Shown piece by piece: positions 9,968 to 20,023 of a DNA stretch of 64,000 nucleotides. This stretch comes from an uncultured Pseudomonadota bacterium. GTDB taxonomy: Bacteria > Pseudomonadota > Alphaproteobacteria > UBA9219. The notes beneath the pieces are model-generated. The model was not told the DNA's origin. It saw nothing but the letters and a program-made list of their open reading frames with translations, and made no database searches. The translations under genes were made by a program, and so were the position numbers. The number at the start of each line of letters is the position of its first letter. Positions within the stretch are counted from its first letter, which is position 1. The DNA lies in the NCBI GenBank assembly GCA_903919315.1, contig CAIXHP010000032.1, forward strand, positions 44,977 to 108,976. The letters run 5' to 3'.

Positions 9968-11119
9968 TCAGTCCGGATAGCACACATAATACACCCAGCA
10001 CGAGGTGCAGGCGGCATACTCGTCCTCGACCAGCCACTTCCCCGACAGATCAATGGGCTTCACATCTTTATAGCCGCAACGGCGAAGCTGCGCGATCTGC
10101 TGTTCAATCGTGATGTAATACTGCGCAATGCGGAAACCATGGGTGCCGTCGTTCACGATGGCGTATTCTTCACAGGTGTGTTCGAACTGCGCGGCCTTCG
10201 CCTTGTTGGCTTCCTCCTCGGCGTTGCGCGGCTGGCGATCGACGGTCTTGAGGTAATTTCGGTTGTGGGACGAAAACACCATCACCCCATCGGGCGCGAC
10301 GACGCGGCGGAACTGCCTCCAAACGCTCAAGCGCTCCTCATGCAAAAGACTGTCGATGCCGTTGAAGCTAAAAATCAGAAAATCGACCGAGGCATCGGCG
10401 AAACGCGACATATCCCGCGCATCGCAAATCTGGAATTTGTATTCGGGAAATTTGACGGCGCAATTGCGCACCATCGCCTCGGAATAATCCACGCCGAGAT
10501 ACTGGCGGCTCAGTTTCGTCAACGACGGCGTCAACCGACCGGCACCAACGCCGATTTCCAAAATGCGCTTGCCCATGATGCTGGGTCCCATCTTCTCAAA
10601 CAAGCTGGCTTCCACAGGATACACGCCTTCCAAAACCGCATACTCCTGTGCGATCGTCGCGTCGCTCCAAAACGAACGATTGGTGGCATAAAAGCCCTCC
10701 GAAGCCGTCGCCGCCGTATCGTCTTGTCCCAGAAACGGTTCAGGATTCGCCAACGCTGCGTGAACGCGCGTGAGAACCTCCTGCCCCTCGGCGGTCAAAC
10801 CCACATGCACAGCCGCCTGCTCCATTACGCTCAAAGCATCGCTGGCACGGCCCGCCCCCAACAGCCTGTTCGCATACGACCAATAAAAAACGGCTTGGTT
10901 TGGCGCGACCTCGATGGCCTTGGCCATGAACGACAACCCCATAGCGGCGCGCCCCGTCTCGCAACACAGAACGCCGAGATTGTGATTGGCTTCGGGATGA
11001 TCGGGCAGCGCCTGCAGAATGGCGCGATACAGTTGATCGGCCTCCCCCAACCGTCGTCCGCGATGACTATCGACGGCGCGCAACAGGGCTTCGTCGGCGG
11101 TGAGTTGCTCTTCGGCCAT
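9968..11119 (-). CDS. TPR-repeat plus class I SAM-dependent methyltransferase fusion
   Basis: TPR (PDHPEANHNLGVL); ILEIGVGAGR, GVDYSEAMV, CDARD; AGGAG RBS before ATG 11119. Confidence 0.85.
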   Translation of the reverse strand: MAEEQLTADEALLRAVDSHRGRRLGEADQLYRAILQALPDHPEANHNLGVLCCETGRAAMGLSFMAKAIEVAPNQAVFYWSYANRLLGAGRASDALSVMEQAAVHVGLTAEGQEVLTRVHAALANPEPFLGQDDTAATASEGFYATNRSFWSDATIAQEYAVLEGVYPVEASLFEKMGPSIMGKRILEIGVGAGRLTPSLTKLSRQYLGVDYSEAMVRNCAVKFPEYKFQICDARDMSRFADASVDFLIFSFNGIDSLLHEERLSVWRQFRRVVAPDGVMVFSSHNRNYLKTVDRQPRNAEEEANKAKAAQFEHTCEEYAIVNDGTHGFRIAQYYITIEQQIAQLRRCGYKDVKPIDLSGKWLVEDEYAACTSCWVYYVCYPD

Positions 11120-11446
11120 GACACACATCTCCTGAACGTTGCAGTCCCGGTTATCCGGACTGAAAATAGAGCCACGCCGTTTGCCGCAATGCAGCATCGC
11201 ATGACGCAGTGCGAAGAAAGGTAGCGATAACCGGAACATCAATCAAGATAAGCGTTTTCTTGCATTTTTCTCATGATGAAAGTGCGTTCTGCACTTGACC
11301 TTTGGTGCGCGAATCGGGCCTACTGACCTCGCCGCAGCCCACTGTTTTTTTGCCCGGACTGATTCCTCGCAAACGACGCAGATGGGTATGTTTGAACCGT
11401 TCAAACCCAGTCTCCTAATCGGCATCAGATGGAAGGAAAAAGAAAC

Positions 11447-13705
11447 ATGACCGCCGTAATCAAAATTCCGGCCCCCGAAAAGTCATGGCGTGGTTTCGTT
11501 GGCGACGCATGGAAAATGTGCGTCGACGTGCGCGACTTCATTCAAAACAATTACACGCCCTATGACGGCGACGAAGCCTTTTTGGCCGGAGCGACAGCGC
11601 GCACCAAAAAGATGTGGGAAAAACTCGCGGCCCCGCTGAAAGAAGAACGCGCGAAAGGCGTCCTCGACATTTCCACCGACAAACCCGCGTCGATCACGGC
11701 GCATGATGCCGGTTACATCGACCAAGACAACGAAGTCATCGTCGGCCTGCAAACCGACGCGCCGCTGAAACGCGCCATCATGCCGAACGGCGGTCTGCGC
11801 ATGGTCGAAGCGGGCCTTGAAGCCTATGGCTACGACATGGATCCTGCGGTCAAGGAAACGTGGACAAAGCACAGAAAATCGCACAATCAAGGCGTGTTTG
11901 ACGTCTACAGCCCCGAAATCGTCGCGGCGCGCAAATCCGGCATCATCACCGGCCTGCCCGATGCCTATGGCCGTGGCCGCATCATCGGCGACTATCGCCG
12001 CGTCGCGCTTTACGGCACCGACTTTCTGCGTCAGGAAAAACAACGCTCCTATCGCGAACTGGAAGACCAGGTCTTCGACGACAAGGTCATCCGTCTGCGC
12101 GAAGAAATGTCAGAGCAATGGCGCGCGCTCGACGAACTGAGACAGATGGCCGCGAAATACGGCTTCGACATCAGCCGCCCCGCCGAGACCGCGAAAGAAG
12201 CCATTCAGTGGACGTATTTCGCCTATCTCGCCGCCGTCAAGGAACAGAACGGCGCGGCCATGTCGATCGGCCGCATCTCGACCTTCCTCGACATCTACAT
12301 CGAACGCGATCTGAAGGAAGGCATCCTGACCGAAGAAAAAGTTCAGGAGATGATCGACGATATGGTCATCAAGCTCCGCATCGTCCGCTTCCTGCGCACG
12401 CCCGAATACGACACGCTGTTCTCCGGCGACCCGACATGGGTGACGGAATCCATCGGCGGCATCGGCACGGACGGACGCTCGATGGTCACCAAGAGCAGCT
12501 TCCGCTTCCTGCACACGCTCTACAACCTCGGCCCGGCCCCCGAACCGAACCTGACGGTTCTGTGGAGCCCGCAGTTGCCACGCGCGTTCAAGGATTTCTG
12601 CGCCAAGGTATCGATCGACACCAGCGCGATCCAATACGAAAACGACGACGCGATGCGCCCGCATTGGGGCGACGATTACGGCATCGCCTGTTGCGTGTCA
12701 GCCATGCGCATCGGCAAGCAGATGCAGTTTTTTGGCGCGCGCGCCAATCTGGCCAAAGCGCTCCTCTACGCCATCAACGGCGGTGTCGACGAAAAGACGG
12801 GCAAAAAGGTCGCCGACGGTTTCGAGCCGATCAAGTCCGACGTTTTGACCTACGACGAAGTGATGCCGAAGTTCGGTCTGATGATGGATTGGCTCGCCAA
12901 GACCTACGTCAAGGCGCTCAACTGCATCCACTACATGCACGACAAATACGCCTACGAACGTATCGAAATGGCGCTGCACGACCGCGACATCCTGCGCACC
13001 ATGGCCTGTGGCATCGCGGGCTTGTCGGTGGCGGCGGACTCACTCTCGGCCATCAAGCACGCCAAGGTCAAAGTCGTCCGCAACGAGCAAGGTCTGGCAA
13101 CCGACTATGTGATCGAAGGCGACTATCCGGCCTATGGCAACAACGACGACCGGGCCGACGACATCGCGGTCTGGCTGGCCTCGAGCTTCATGGACAAGAT
13201 CAAGGCGCAACCCCACTTCTACCGCGACGCGATGCCGACGCAATCCGTCCTGACGATCACATCGAACGTCGTGTACGGGAAAAAGACCGGCAACACGCCG
13301 GACGGTCGCCGCGAAGGTGCGCCGTTCGCGCCGGGTGCCAACCCCATGAACGGACGTGATGTAAAGGGCTTTGTCGCGGCGGGCGCTTCCGTGGCGAAAA
13401 TCCCCTACAGCTGCTCGCTCGACGGCATCAGCTGGACGGCATCCGCAACGCCCGACACGCTGGGTCATACGGGCAACGAGCGCAAACGGAATCTGGCCAA
13501 CTGCCTCGACGGCTTCGCGGCGGCAGGCGGGTTTCATGTCAACGTCAACGTCTTCAACCGCGACACGCTGCTCGACGCGATGGAGCATCCGGAACTGTAT
13601 CCGCAACTGACGGTACGCGTCTCCGGCTACGCCGTGAACTTCGTGCGCCTGACCCGCGAACAGCAAATGGATGTGATCAGCCGCACTTTCCATCAAGCGA
13701 TGTAA
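11447..13705 (+). CDS. pflB: Pyruvate formate-lyase
   Basis: [23 protein letters not shown] active-site Cys pair, C-terminal RVSGY glycyl-radical motif. Confidence 0.98.
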   Translation: MTAVIKIPAPEKSWRGFVGDAWKMCVDVRDFIQNNYTPYDGDEAFLAGATARTKKMWEKLAAPLKEERAKGVLDISTDKPASITAHDAGYIDQDNEVIVGLQTDAPLKRAIMPNGGLRMVEAGLEAYGYDMDPAVKETWTKHRKSHNQGVFDVYSPEIVAARKSGIITGLPDAYGRGRIIGDYRRVALYGTDFLRQEKQRSYRELEDQVFDDKVIRLREEMSEQWRALDELRQMAAKYGFDISRPAETAKEAIQWTYFAYLAAVKEQNGAAMSIGRISTFLDIYIERDLKEGILTEEKVQEMIDDMVIKLRIVRFLRTPEYDTLFSGDPTWVTESIGGIGTDGRSMVTKSSFRFLHTLYNLGPAPEPNLTVLWSPQLPRAFKDFCAKVSIDTSAIQYENDDAMRPHWGDDYGIACCVSAMRIGKQMQFFGARANLAKALLYAINGGVDEKTGKKVADGFEPIKSDVLTYDEVMPKFGLMMDWLAKTYVKALNCIHYMHDKYAYERIEMALHDRDILRTMACGIAGLSVAADSLSAIKHAKVKVVRNEQGLATDYVIEGDYPAYGNNDDRADDIAVWLASSFMDKIKAQPHFYRDAMPTQSVLTITSNVVYGKKTGNTPDGRREGAPFAPGANPMNGRDVKGFVAAGASVAKIPYSCSLDGISWTASATPDTLGHTGNERKRNLANCLDGFAAAGGFHVNVNVFNRDTLLDAMEHPELYPQLTVRVSGYAVNFVRLTREQQMDVISRTFHQAM

Positions 13706-13720
13706 GGCCACAGCTCATCC

Positions 13721-14521
13721 ATGTCTCAGAAATCCGATAAGAATCCTCCTCGTACCGCCTCGCGGCAGCACGAGGAGGACGATCTTGTCGGCTATCTCCA
13801 TTCGGTCGAAACCGGCGCGGCGGTGGACGGGCCGGGCATGCGCTTTGTGTTCTTTATGAACGGTTGCATGTTCCGCTGCCTGTACTGCCACAACCCGGAC
13901 ACATGGAAAATTCACGGCGGCCGCAAAATCACGCTCAATGAAGCGCTCGCCGAAGTCAAACCCTACAAGGATTTCCTGAAATTCGCGGGCGGCGTGACCG
14001 TCTCAGGTGGCGAACCGCTCGTCCAAGCGCCATTTGTTGGAGCCTTGCTGAAAAGGATCAAGGCCGACTTCGGCCTGCACACCGCGCTGGACACGCAAGG
14101 CTTCCTCCACGCCTCCGTCAGCGACGAATGGTTCGACGCGGTCGATCTCGTCCTGCTCGACATCAAACACTCCGACCCTGAGGTCTACCGCAAACTGACC
14201 GGCCAAGCGCTCCAACCGACGCTCGATTTCGCGCAACGTTTGGCGCGGCTGAACAAAAAAGTCTGGCTGCGTTATGTTTTGGTTCCTGGCCTAACCGACG
14301 GCGACGACGACATCCTGCGCCTCGCCGACTTCGCGGCCAGCCTCGGCACGACCGTCGAGCGCGTCGACGTTCTGCCTTTCCACCAGTTGGGCTCCTTCAA
14401 GTGGAAGGAACTGGGCATCCCCTACCAACTCGACCACACGCCGACACCCACGCCCGAATCCGTCACCCACGCCCGCAGCCTCTTCGCCTCGCGCGGCCTC
14501 AACCTGCAAGCCCAGGCGTAA
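13721..14521 (+). CDS. pflA: PFL-activating enzyme (radical SAM)
   Basis: VDGPGMRFVFF, CMFRCLYCHNPD (CxxxCxxC), GGVTVSGGEP. Confidence 0.97.
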   Translation: MSQKSDKNPPRTASRQHEEDDLVGYLHSVETGAAVDGPGMRFVFFMNGCMFRCLYCHNPDTWKIHGGRKITLNEALAEVKPYKDFLKFAGGVTVSGGEPLVQAPFVGALLKRIKADFGLHTALDTQGFLHASVSDEWFDAVDLVLLDIKHSDPEVYRKLTGQALQPTLDFAQRLARLNKKVWLRYVLVPGLTDGDDDILRLADFAASLGTTVERVDVLPFHQLGSFKWKELGIPYQLDHTPTPTPESVTHARSLFASRGLNLQAQA

Positions 14522-14582
14522 GGGCAAAAAGCCTCCCCCCCACCCGAGTCACGCCCGCGCAGGCACACCTTTGTTGGCTTTC

Positions 14583-16451
14583 TCAAACCCCCAAAATAAC
14601 GCGAAGGAACGCGTCCCCATATCGCGCCAACTTGCTCGCCCCCACGCCGGGCGTACGCGCTAAGTCCTGCAAAGTCTGTGGCCGCGAACGCGCCATCGCG
14701 AGAAGCGTGGTATCGTGAAAAATGACATAGGGCGGCACATTCTGTTCCTTCGCCAGCGCAAGCCGCAATTCCCGCAAGGCCTGAAACAACCGCTCGTCGC
14801 CCTCGTCGACCAGTTCCTCGCGCGCGGCCCGCGCCGCAGGTCGTTTCTTGCCGACCTCGGCCCTCATCGCCCGTGTTGTCTCGCTCTGGCGGCTTTCGCG
14901 CAACAGAACGGATCGCTCGCCGCGCAACACCGGACGGCACAACGCCTCCGCGCCGAGGCGCAACCCGCCATGCCCCTCCATATCCGTCACCAACAAACCA
15001 TGCGCCACGAGTTGCCGAAAAATATCGCGCCACTGATCGCGGCTGAACTCTTTGCCCACGCCATAGGTCGGCAGAGCGTCATGTTGAAACTGACGAATGC
15101 GCTCCGTGTTCGCGCCCACCAGAACATCCGTCAAATGCGCCGCCCCAAACCTCTGCCCGGTGCGGATAACGCACGACAACGCCTTTTGCGCCGCCACCGT
15201 TCCATCCACGCTGGCGACGGGATGCATGCAAGTGTCACAGTTTCCGCAAGGCTCCGGACGGCTCTCTTCGAAATACTCCAGCAACATCTGGCGGCGGCAA
15301 CGCGAACTCGCGCAAAACCCGACCAACGCATCCAATTTGCCATGCTCAAGCTGCTTGCGCCGTTCGCCGCCGTCACCGCTCTCGATCATCGAATGCAGCT
15401 TGGCGGCATCCTCGATCCCGAACAGCAGCAAAGCTTCGGACGGCAGCCCGTCACGTCCGGCGCGGCCCGTTTCCTGATAATAGGATTCGACGCTCTTCGG
15501 CAAATCCATATGCGCGACGAAGCGCACGTCCGGCTTGTCGATCCCCATACCGAACGCGATGGTCGCCACCATGACGACACCGTCGTCTTTTAAAAAACGA
15601 TCCTGATTGCGGGCGCGAACATCGGCGGCCAAACCGGCGTGATACGGCAGAGCCGTGATTCCCTTTTGCGACAACCACGCCGCCGTCTCCTCGACGCGCG
15701 CGCGCGACAAGCAATAGACGATGCCCGCCTCGCCCGCATGATCGTCCTGGATAAAGCGCAACAGCTGATCGCGCGGCTTCGCCTTGGGCGTGATGTGATA
15801 GCGGATGTTGGGCCGATCAAAGCTGGTGAGGAAAATGCGCCCCTGCTCCAGCTTCAACTGGCGCACGATCTCGTTGCGCGTCGGCGTGTCCGCCGTGGCG
15901 GTCAACGCGATGCGCGGCACGTCGGGAAAGCGTTCATGCAGGACGGCCAGTTTCAAATATTCGGGCCGAAAGTCATGCCCCCACTGCGACACGCAGTGCG
16001 CCTCGTCGATAGCGAAAAGCGAAAGCGGGCATTGCGCCAACAGCGCCAACGTCCCCTCCAACAACAGCCGCTCCGGCGCGACATAAAGCAAATCGATGTT
16101 CCCTGCCCGCATGTCGCCGATCAAGCGTGAAGCCTCCGCGCTCTCCAGCGTCGAGTTGAGCGCGGCCGCGCGAACACCGAGCTGCCGCAACGCCTCCACC
16201 TGATCACGCATCAGGGCGATGAGCGGCGAAATCACAACGCCCATCCCCCTGCGGCACAGAGCCGGAATCTGATAACACAGCGACTTGCCGCCGCCCGTCG
16301 GCATCAGCACCAGAGCGTCGCCACCCTCCACCACATGCTTGATGATCGCCGCCTGATGCCCGCGAAAGTCGTGAAAACCGAACACATCGGTCAACAACCG
16401 CCGCGCCTCCGCCATCGCGTCGGACGGCAAAGCTTCGAGAGGATCGCGCAT
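14583..16451 (-). CDS. recQ: DNA helicase RecQ
   Basis: [39 protein letters not shown], Zn (CGNCDTC), RQC and HRDC domains. Confidence 0.97.
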   Translation of the reverse strand: MRDPLEALPSDAMAEARRLLTDVFGFHDFRGHQAAIIKHVVEGGDALVLMPTGGGKSLCYQIPALCRRGMGVVISPLIALMRDQVEALRQLGVRAAALNSTLESAEASRLIGDMRAGNIDLLYVAPERLLLEGTLALLAQCPLSLFAIDEAHCVSQWGHDFRPEYLKLAVLHERFPDVPRIALTATADTPTRNEIVRQLKLEQGRIFLTSFDRPNIRYHITPKAKPRDQLLRFIQDDHAGEAGIVYCLSRARVEETAAWLSQKGITALPYHAGLAADVRARNQDRFLKDDGVVMVATIAFGMGIDKPDVRFVAHMDLPKSVESYYQETGRAGRDGLPSEALLLFGIEDAAKLHSMIESGDGGERRKQLEHGKLDALVGFCASSRCRRQMLLEYFEESRPEPCGNCDTCMHPVASVDGTVAAQKALSCVIRTGQRFGAAHLTDVLVGANTERIRQFQHDALPTYGVGKEFSRDQWRDIFRQLVAHGLLVTDMEGHGGLRLGAEALCRPVLRGERSVLLRESRQSETTRAMRAEVGKKRPAARAAREELVDEGDERLFQALRELRLALAKEQNVPPYVIFHDTTLLAMARSRPQTLQDLARTPGVGASKLARYGDAFLRVILGV

Positions 16452-16635
16452 GGAAAGGCTGCTGTGAGGCATAAGAACGGCTGGCATAAGGAATCGGACC
16501 GCCAATCTACCCCATCCGCGCGTCCGGTCATGGTTTATTTACCGTCCCGACGTTTCGCCCCACACGCATCAACAAGCTTGCCAGCGCCCCCCGCGCCCTC
16601 TACCCTGCCCTGTTTTCCAAAGGGGATGCCGCACC

Positions 16636-19600
16636 GTGCCGCTATTGTTCAACGCCCAAGATGTCATTCGCAACTTCGACGACCCGGATTACCGGCGGGG
16701 GCGCGTGTATCAAAGTCAAGGCCACGTCCTTTCCGTGCATGTCGAAGACTCAGGCACCCGCGTCGTAGCCGAAGTTCAAGGCACGGAAAGCCGCCCCTAC
16801 GATGTCGAAGTCGCTCTGCGTCGCAAACCACGCGGCATCGAAATTCACGCCGAATGCACCTGTCCTGTAGGCTATATGTGCAAGCACGGAGTGGCCGCGC
16901 TGCTGGAAGCCATCGCGCAGGCCGACCGCAAGCGCGAAAAAATCGCCGCGCCCGGCCTACGCGGCGGCGGCCACGGCAAGACGGCTGCGACCCTAAGTCC
17001 GGCGCTGACTTCATGGCTCGATAAGATCGAAGACCACGCCGCGCCGCATTTGGGCCCCGATGAAGAACAGCGGCTCGTGTATCTTCTGGGCACGACGGCA
17101 TCGGGCCGCAAAACGGAACTCATCGTCACGCCGGGCGTAATCTACCGCCTGAAAAACGGAATCTGGAGCAAGCCGCGCATCCAGAGTTTCCAAAACATGC
17201 TCTTTCAATACCAACACGCCTCGTTTCTGGAAGAAAGCGACCGCGCCGTGTTCCGCCTCGCCAGCGCCAGTTCGGGCTACGGCTATGGTGTCGGCGGCGG
17301 ATGGCAACCGCCCGCCGATCCCGAACTGGTCGATGTGTTTCTGCGCCGCGTGATGGCGACGGGACGCGCCTATGATGCCGACGACACGCGCTTCCCTCTG
17401 TTACAGGGCGCGGATCTGGAAGGCCGCCTGACGTGGGAGCTGATGCCCGACGGTCGGCAGAGGCCGACTCTGACCGCGCCGCAAGCCGGACTAACGCTCT
17501 TGATGTCGCACAGCCCGTGGTACATCGACCCCGTCGCGCATGTCTGCGGCCGCTTGCGCAGCCCCCTGACCTTTGACCAAACCCAAAGCTTCCTCGACGC
17601 GCCGCCAGTGAGCGAAGGCGAAGCGGCGATCCTCCGCGCGCAAATGGAAGGCAAAAAACTTGCCGTACCCGCGCCCTACCGCGTCACGCATGAAAACGCG
17701 GCGGCGGCCAAACCCCAACCGCGTTTGCGTCTGTCGCGCACGGATGACGGCAAGGGTTTTGCCGCGCTGTCCTTCGATTACGAAGGCACGACGGTTCATC
17801 CCGGCGATCCCACGCCGCGCTACGCCGTCACGCAGGGCGACAGCATCGTCCTGCGCCAACGCAACCGCAAAGCTGAAGCCGAAGCCCTGAAAACGCTCGA
17901 AGCGGCGCAGCTCGTCGCGCCGGAGGAGTCGCCCATCGGAGCCACGGGCCTTCGCCTCGCGCCCGCAGGCTCAGCTCCCCCATGGTTCTGGCTCGACTTC
18001 CTGCATCAACAGGCAGAAGCGCTGGAGCAAAAGGGCATCGCAATCACGCCGGAAGAAAACTTCGGCGGCGACATCGTCACGCCCGACACCGACGACATCG
18101 ACGCCGCCTTTACCCAAAACGGCGAATGGTGGTTCGCGCTCGACCTCGGCATCGCCGTCAACGGCCAGCGCCTCGCGCTTTTGCCTGTTCTGGTGGCCTT
18201 GCTGCGCGACGTGCACACGCCCGCCGATGTCGACCGCCTCACCTCCGGCCCGCGCTGCTACGCGCCGCTGCCCGATGGCCGCCACGTCGCGCTGCCTTCC
18301 GAACGGGTGCGGACCATCCTGCAAACCCTGATCGAACTGTTCGGCGACAAGCCGCTGGATGCCGACGGCAACCTGCGCGTCTCGATGGATCTCGCGGCAG
18401 CGCTGCTAAAGATTCAGGCGGTCACGCGCCATCGCTGGCTGGGCGAAGGCAAACTGCGGAAACTGGTCGAAAAGCTGGGCGACTTCGACGGCATCGCCGA
18501 AGCGCCCCTGCCGCGCGGTCTCCAAGCCGAGCTGCGCCACTATCAGAAGGAAGGCTACGACTGGCTGCACTTTCTCGGAACCTATGGCTTGGGCGGCATT
18601 CTGGCCGACGACATGGGCCTCGGCAAAACGGTTCAGGCGCTGGCCTATATTCTCGCGCTCAAGGAAAAGAAAAAGCTTGAGCATCCCTGCCTCGTCGTCA
18701 TGCCGACCAGCCTCGTCGGCAACTGGCAAGCCGAAGCCGCGCGCTTCACGCCGACCCTGCGCATCCTGACTTTGCACGGCAAAGATCGGTTCGGAAAATT
18801 CGAGGACGTGACCAAGGCCGACGTGGTGTTGAGCACCTATCCGCTGTTGGTGCGCGACATCGACACCATGCGCGAATGGCCGTGGGGACTCGTCATCCTC
18901 GACGAAGCGCAAGCGATCAAGAATCCGACGGCCAAAATCACGCAAGCCGTCTGCGCGCTGCAAGCGAAACAGCGCCTCTGCCTGACCGGAACGCCGGTGG
19001 AAAACCATCTGGGCGAAGTATGGTCGCTGTTCGCGTTTCTCATGCCAGGCCTGCTGGGCGACCACCGCAGCTTCACGCGCAGCTTCCGCAACCCCATCGA
19101 AAAGAACGGCGACATCGAACGGCAAAACTTGCTGACACGCCGCCTCAAGCCCTTCATCCTCCGCCGCCTGAAAGGCAACGTGGCCAAGGAACTCCCGCCC
19201 AAGACCGAAATGGTGCGACGGGTGACCTTGTCCGACGACCAGCGCGATCTCTACGAAACCGTACGCCACACGATGAACGAAAAGGTGCGTGCCGAAGTCG
19301 CCGCCAAGGGTTTCGCCCGCAGCCAGATCGTCATCCTCGACGCGCTGCTCAAGCTGCGGCAAGTCTGCTGCGATCCGCGCTTGGTCAAAATCACGGCGGC
19401 CAGCAAAGTCAAATCCTGCGCCAAGCTGACGGAACTCATGGAGATGCTGCCGACCTTGATCGAAGACGGACGGCGCATCCTCCTGTTCTCGCAATTCACC
19501 AGCATGCTCGACCTCATCAAGCCGGAGTTAGACAAAGCCGAAATCGCCTACGTCGAACTGCGCGGCACAACCAAGGATCGCACCACGCCCGTGGCGCAGT

Positions 19601-19926
19601 TCCAACGCGGCGACGTGCCCCTGTTTCTCATCAGCCTCAAGGCGGGCGGCACCGGCCTGAATCTCACGGCGGCGGACACGGTGATCCACTATGACCCGTG
19701 GTGGAATCCCTCGGTGGAAAACCAAGCAACCGACCGCGCCCACCGCATCGGGCAGGACAAACCGGTGTTCGTTTACAAACTCATCGCCGAAGGCACCGTC
19801 GAAGAACGCATCCTCGACCTTCAGGCCCGCAAAGCCCATCTGGCCGGAGCCCTCTTCGGCGACAACCCCGCCGCAGCCGCCGCCCTGACGCAAGACGATC
19901 TGCGCTGGCTTTTGGACGAAACATAA
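16636..19926 (+). CDS. SWIM zinc finger plus SNF2-family helicase/ATPase
   Basis: CTCPVGYMCKH; LADDMGLGKT, DEAQ, LTGTPVEN, FSQF, DRAHRIGQ. Confidence 0.93.
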   Translation: MPLLFNAQDVIRNFDDPDYRRGRVYQSQGHVLSVHVEDSGTRVVAEVQGTESRPYDVEVALRRKPRGIEIHAECTCPVGYMCKHGVAALLEAIAQADRKREKIAAPGLRGGGHGKTAATLSPALTSWLDKIEDHAAPHLGPDEEQRLVYLLGTTASGRKTELIVTPGVIYRLKNGIWSKPRIQSFQNMLFQYQHASFLEESDRAVFRLASASSGYGYGVGGGWQPPADPELVDVFLRRVMATGRAYDADDTRFPLLQGADLEGRLTWELMPDGRQRPTLTAPQAGLTLLMSHSPWYIDPVAHVCGRLRSPLTFDQTQSFLDAPPVSEGEAAILRAQMEGKKLAVPAPYRVTHENAAAAKPQPRLRLSRTDDGKGFAALSFDYEGTTVHPGDPTPRYAVTQGDSIVLRQRNRKAEAEALKTLEAAQLVAPEESPIGATGLRLAPAGSAPPWFWLDFLHQQAEALEQKGIAITPEENFGGDIVTPDTDDIDAAFTQNGEWWFALDLGIAVNGQRLALLPVLVALLRDVHTPADVDRLTSGPRCYAPLPDGRHVALPSERVRTILQTLIELFGDKPLDADGNLRVSMDLAAALLKIQAVTRHRWLGEGKLRKLVEKLGDFDGIAEAPLPRGLQAELRHYQKEGYDWLHFLGTYGLGGILADDMGLGKTVQALAYILALKEKKKLEHPCLVVMPTSLVGNWQAEAARFTPTLRILTLHGKDRFGKFEDVTKADVVLSTYPLLVRDIDTMREWPWGLVILDEAQAIKNPTAKITQAVCALQAKQRLCLTGTPVENHLGEVWSLFAFLMPGLLGDHRSFTRSFRNPIEKNGDIERQNLLTRRLKPFILRRLKGNVAKELPPKTEMVRRVTLSDDQRDLYETVRHTMNEKVRAEVAAKGFARSQIVILDALLKLRQVCCDPRLVKITAASKVKSCAKLTELMEMLPTLIEDGRRILLFSQFTSMLDLIKPELDKAEIAYVELRGTTKDRTTPVAQFQRGDVPLFLISLKAGGTGLNLTAADTVIHYDPWWNPSVENQATDRAHRIGQDKPVFVYKLIAEGTVEERILDLQARKAHLAGALFGDNPAAAAALTQDDLRWLLDET

Positions 19927-20023
19927 GGCTTTCCGCCGTCTTTTCCCTATTGCGCCGCTGCGGGCCTCCCCGCTACCATCGGCGCGCTGCCCCGCAACTT
20001 TTTTGCTGACAGGCCCTTGTTCG

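Noticed and set aside
11290-11446. ZTP (pfl) riboswitch or FNR box before pflB
   Set aside because: ZTP consensus elements (GACUGGCG...CGCCUGGG) not present; the palindrome has TTGAA-N3-TTCAA, not TTGAT-N4-ATCAA
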